NCBI GenBank assembly: GCA_013265495.1
Contig: MU058636.1
Span: 2,356,001 to 2,420,000 of the forward strand
DNA: 64,000 nucleotides
Origin: Vicugna vicugna
Lineage: Eukaryota
Reading direction: 5' to 3'
Shown here: piece by piece, positions 61,100 through 64,000 of the stretch
How the letters are laid out: each line of letters opens with the position of its first letter
How positions within the stretch are numbered: position 1 is the stretch's first letter
Program-made: the position numbers and the translations under genes
Notes under the pieces: model-generated
Databases searched by the model: none
Told to the model about the DNA's origin: nothing
Seen by the model: only the letters and a program-made list of their open reading frames with translations

Positions 61100-63320
61100 T
61101 GCAGTAGTGAAAATTCTTCATGACAAAAACATGAAATCCAGATGGTTTTATGGATGAGTACAACTAAATTTTCTAGAAACAGATCATTTCATCTTATGTA
61201 AATTCCTGCAGAGGACTGAAAGGGTGGAAATATTCTTAATGCGTTTTATGGTATCAAAACAAGAAAAGAACACGAGAATAAAGGAAAATTGTAGTTCAAT
61301 CTCACTCTTACGCATCGATGTAAAAATTCTAGATAAAATATTACCAAACAGACTCTTAACAGTGTATAAAATGATAGCACAACATAACAAATAGCCCAGA
61401 AAAGCATGCCTTAAGTGAGAGAGACGTTTCCAGTGTGGCTGGTCTAGGCTGGCAGACGGCTCTGCTTCAGCAGGTCGCCCAGAGGCCTAGGTTCCTTTCA
61501 CTTTGTTGCTAGGTCATTCCTGAGAGCACTGAACTTATCTGAAAGACGGAAGCTGGGCCACTCCCACGGCAATGTTGTGGTCAGCACAACATGGGGGAAA
61601 CCCGAGTCCAGGAACAGCAGTGATCCTTTCAGTAGGAGCTACCTAGAGGCTGCACCGTCCCTTCTGGCGTGACTGGAATCTCTCTGGGAAGCTGTGTTTC
61701 AGGAAGAGATGAATGGATTTTTGGGAGATAATTGGCAATCTGCCACAGCAGGAAAAATTTTAACAAAAGACATGCAAATTCTATATACAGGCTATCATAA
61801 GATCTTATTAAAGAACACCCAAGAAAATGGAATGATAGTCATGATTTGGAGAGGAATACTCAATGTCAAGATGTTGTTTATTCTCTCCAAATTCTAAATA
61901 AAGGTGAATGGAGTTTTCATTGAAATTGCCAGGTTGGCGCTAAAGAAGCATATGGTAGATGAACTTGCTCTAGCTGATACAAGGACCTATAATAAATCTG
62001 CAGCACCTATGCACTGGATATTAGTATGGGAAGAGACAAACTGACCAGTAGAACAAAGTGAGCAGTTCAGGAAGAAGCCCACGTGTGTCTGGAGCTCTGG
62101 GACACAAAGGAAGTGACACTGCGGACGACTGAGGGGAGAAGGGCCTGCTTCATAAGTGGTCTGGAACATCTGAGTATTCACATGGATGAAATTGCAGTTG
62201 GAGTCTCATCTCACACAAACACCAAAAATCAATTCCAATTGATTAAGTACTTAAAATGTGAAAGGCAGAACTTTGATATTTTTAGGACAAAATATAGGAT
62301 AGTATCTTTCAGAATTTCTTAAACACAACACAGAAACTCATCAATGAAAGAGTTGATAAATTTGATTATTTTAAATATTAAGACTACTTCAAAAAATACC
62401 ATAAAGCAAATGGAAATTAAGTCCTTCACTGGGAGAACATATTTGTAATACATATAATCAGGAAGAATCAGTATCCAGAATATACAATGAACGTCTATAA
62501 ATCCATAAGATAAATGACTAAATACAATTGAAAAATGTGCAAAAGACATGCACTGGTATTTCACAGAAGAGGAAATATGTCTGGCACATAACCGTAAGGA
62601 GAGTTCTGTTTCATTAGTAATCAGGGAAATACCAAGTAGGACTCCAGTTAGATGACATTTCATACCCACCAGCTTGCCACCAAGGAAGATGTCTGACTAT
62701 AGAAAGTGTTGGAAAGAATGCGGATAACTGAGATATCTCATATATTGCTGGTGGAAAGGTACATTGGTTCAGCCAGGGTTTCCATTGGTCCTTTGCAAAA
62801 ATATTTAGCATTATCTTGAATGTTTTTTGATAAACAAGGTGACTTTTATGAGATGTTCATATGGATTCATAATTTTTTAAAAAGCTGAAAACAATCCAAT
62901 AGGAAAATGATGGACATTACGTAGTGGTGAAAAATGAATGAACTTCAATTATGTGCCGTAACATAGACAAGTCTTAGAAACATAATGTTGAGTGAAAACA
63001 GCAAGTTGAAGACCCCCATTAAGCATGAGGCCATTTTTATAAGGCTGAAAAAACCAAATTCACAAATACATTATTCAATTATATATGCATATATGATAAA
63101 CTTATTTTTTAAAGAAAGGCAAGAGAATAATGGGCATAAAATACAGAACACAGGTTCCCCTGGGGGTGGAGTGAGGAGGAAGGAAGGGGACAGAGGAGTT
63201 GCTCCTGATGGATGCAAGTTATTGGCTGGGTTATGGGTTCATCTGTGTTATTTGTTTGATAACATAGGTACATGTTACTTATATTCTGCTGTATGTTCCA
63301 ATGTTATATTTAAAATCAGA
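61100..63320 (+). mobile_element. Fragmented old LINE-1 (ORF2/3' UTR) interrupted by an MLT1-like piece (~61400-61730)
   Basis: CCAGATGGTTTTATGGATGAG...; AAAAATGTGCAAAAGACATG...TTCACAGAAGAGGAAAT...CATTAGTAATCAGGGAAAT. Confidence 0.75.
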
Positions 63321-63466
63321 TAAAGAAAAAGGGAAGAAATTGGATACTATTTATAGTTATCAAATTTGCAAACATTTTAAAGGAGATTAAAAGAGAAGTG
63401 AAACAGTGAAGTGAACAGGAGTATAAATTGGTGTAGCCTTTTTATTTGGGTTGCTTTCCCTCTCTG

Positions 63467-63650
63467 TTATATATCATATATACAGTATATATTATACATA
63501 TACACATGCCACACATATATGATATATATATATATGCTGCACAAATATTTTATATAAGCATATACACACCTGTATACAATATATACACATATACATACAT
63601 ATATACACTTATACACATATAATTTATTATATGTACATATAATTATAAAC
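63467..63650. repeat. AT-rich (TA/CA)n low-complexity tract
   Basis: Degenerate TATA/TACA repeats. Confidence 0.9.
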
Positions 63651-64000
63651 AAGTTAATATTTTCTAACCCAATAATTCAATTTTGGGAAAATAAAAGCTA
63701 GTCCCACCCCTGAAATTTAAAAAAAGCTCAAAATTAACTCTTGAAATTGGGAGGAAAGTTATGAACACAAAGATGCAGTTAGCAAGCTCTTTTCCACCTG
63801 GGCACTTGTCACGTTCCCTTCCCTTGGAGCCCCACAGCCGGAGGCACAGCCAGGCATACAAGTGCCAGTGGACATCTAATATCGGGACCCTGCTCTCTGC
63901 ATTTCCATCATGTCCTCCTATTTCTTTCTTCCCTGGTCCTCGCACTTGAGTCTGACATTACCCAGAATGTAAATTCCCTGAGAGGCGGGACCATGTCAGC

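Noticed and set aside
1..64000. Prokaryote-type systems (CRISPR arrays, operons, rRNA)
   Set aside because: The sequence is mammalian, and no regularly spaced repeat-spacer array or rRNA-like region was seen.

Overview
Mammalian genomic DNA, most likely from a camelid, judging by four Vic-1-like tRNA-derived SINEs and cetartiodactyl-type L1 3' ends. Positions 1-~6650 hold a decayed gammaretrovirus-like (ERV1) provirus on the + strand, whose 5' LTR lies outside the window. It has a pre-gag reading frame, gag, an amber read-through pseudoknot, pro-pol with an in-frame loss of almost all integrase, an intact 58-aa two-helix ORF between pol and env that the ORF track misses, an SDGGG-type (RD114/D-type/syncytin-1-like) env, a PPT and a 3' LTR. 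A MER41-like solo LTR follows at 7755-8193. The only host gene I can support is SLC46A3 on the - strand. Its five coding exons (25511 to 10569) join into an intact 461-aa CDS, with a non-coding exon 1 and CpG-island promoter near 26.0-26.7 kb. Its C-terminal YxxL lysosomal sorting motif reads HVLL here. The remaining ~37 kb is intergenic: L1, L2/MIR, MLT1 and hAT remnants, strong CTCF motifs, and a CpG-rich patch at 57.3-57.9 kb. Repeat family names and comparisons with human SLC46A3 come from memory, not from searches.
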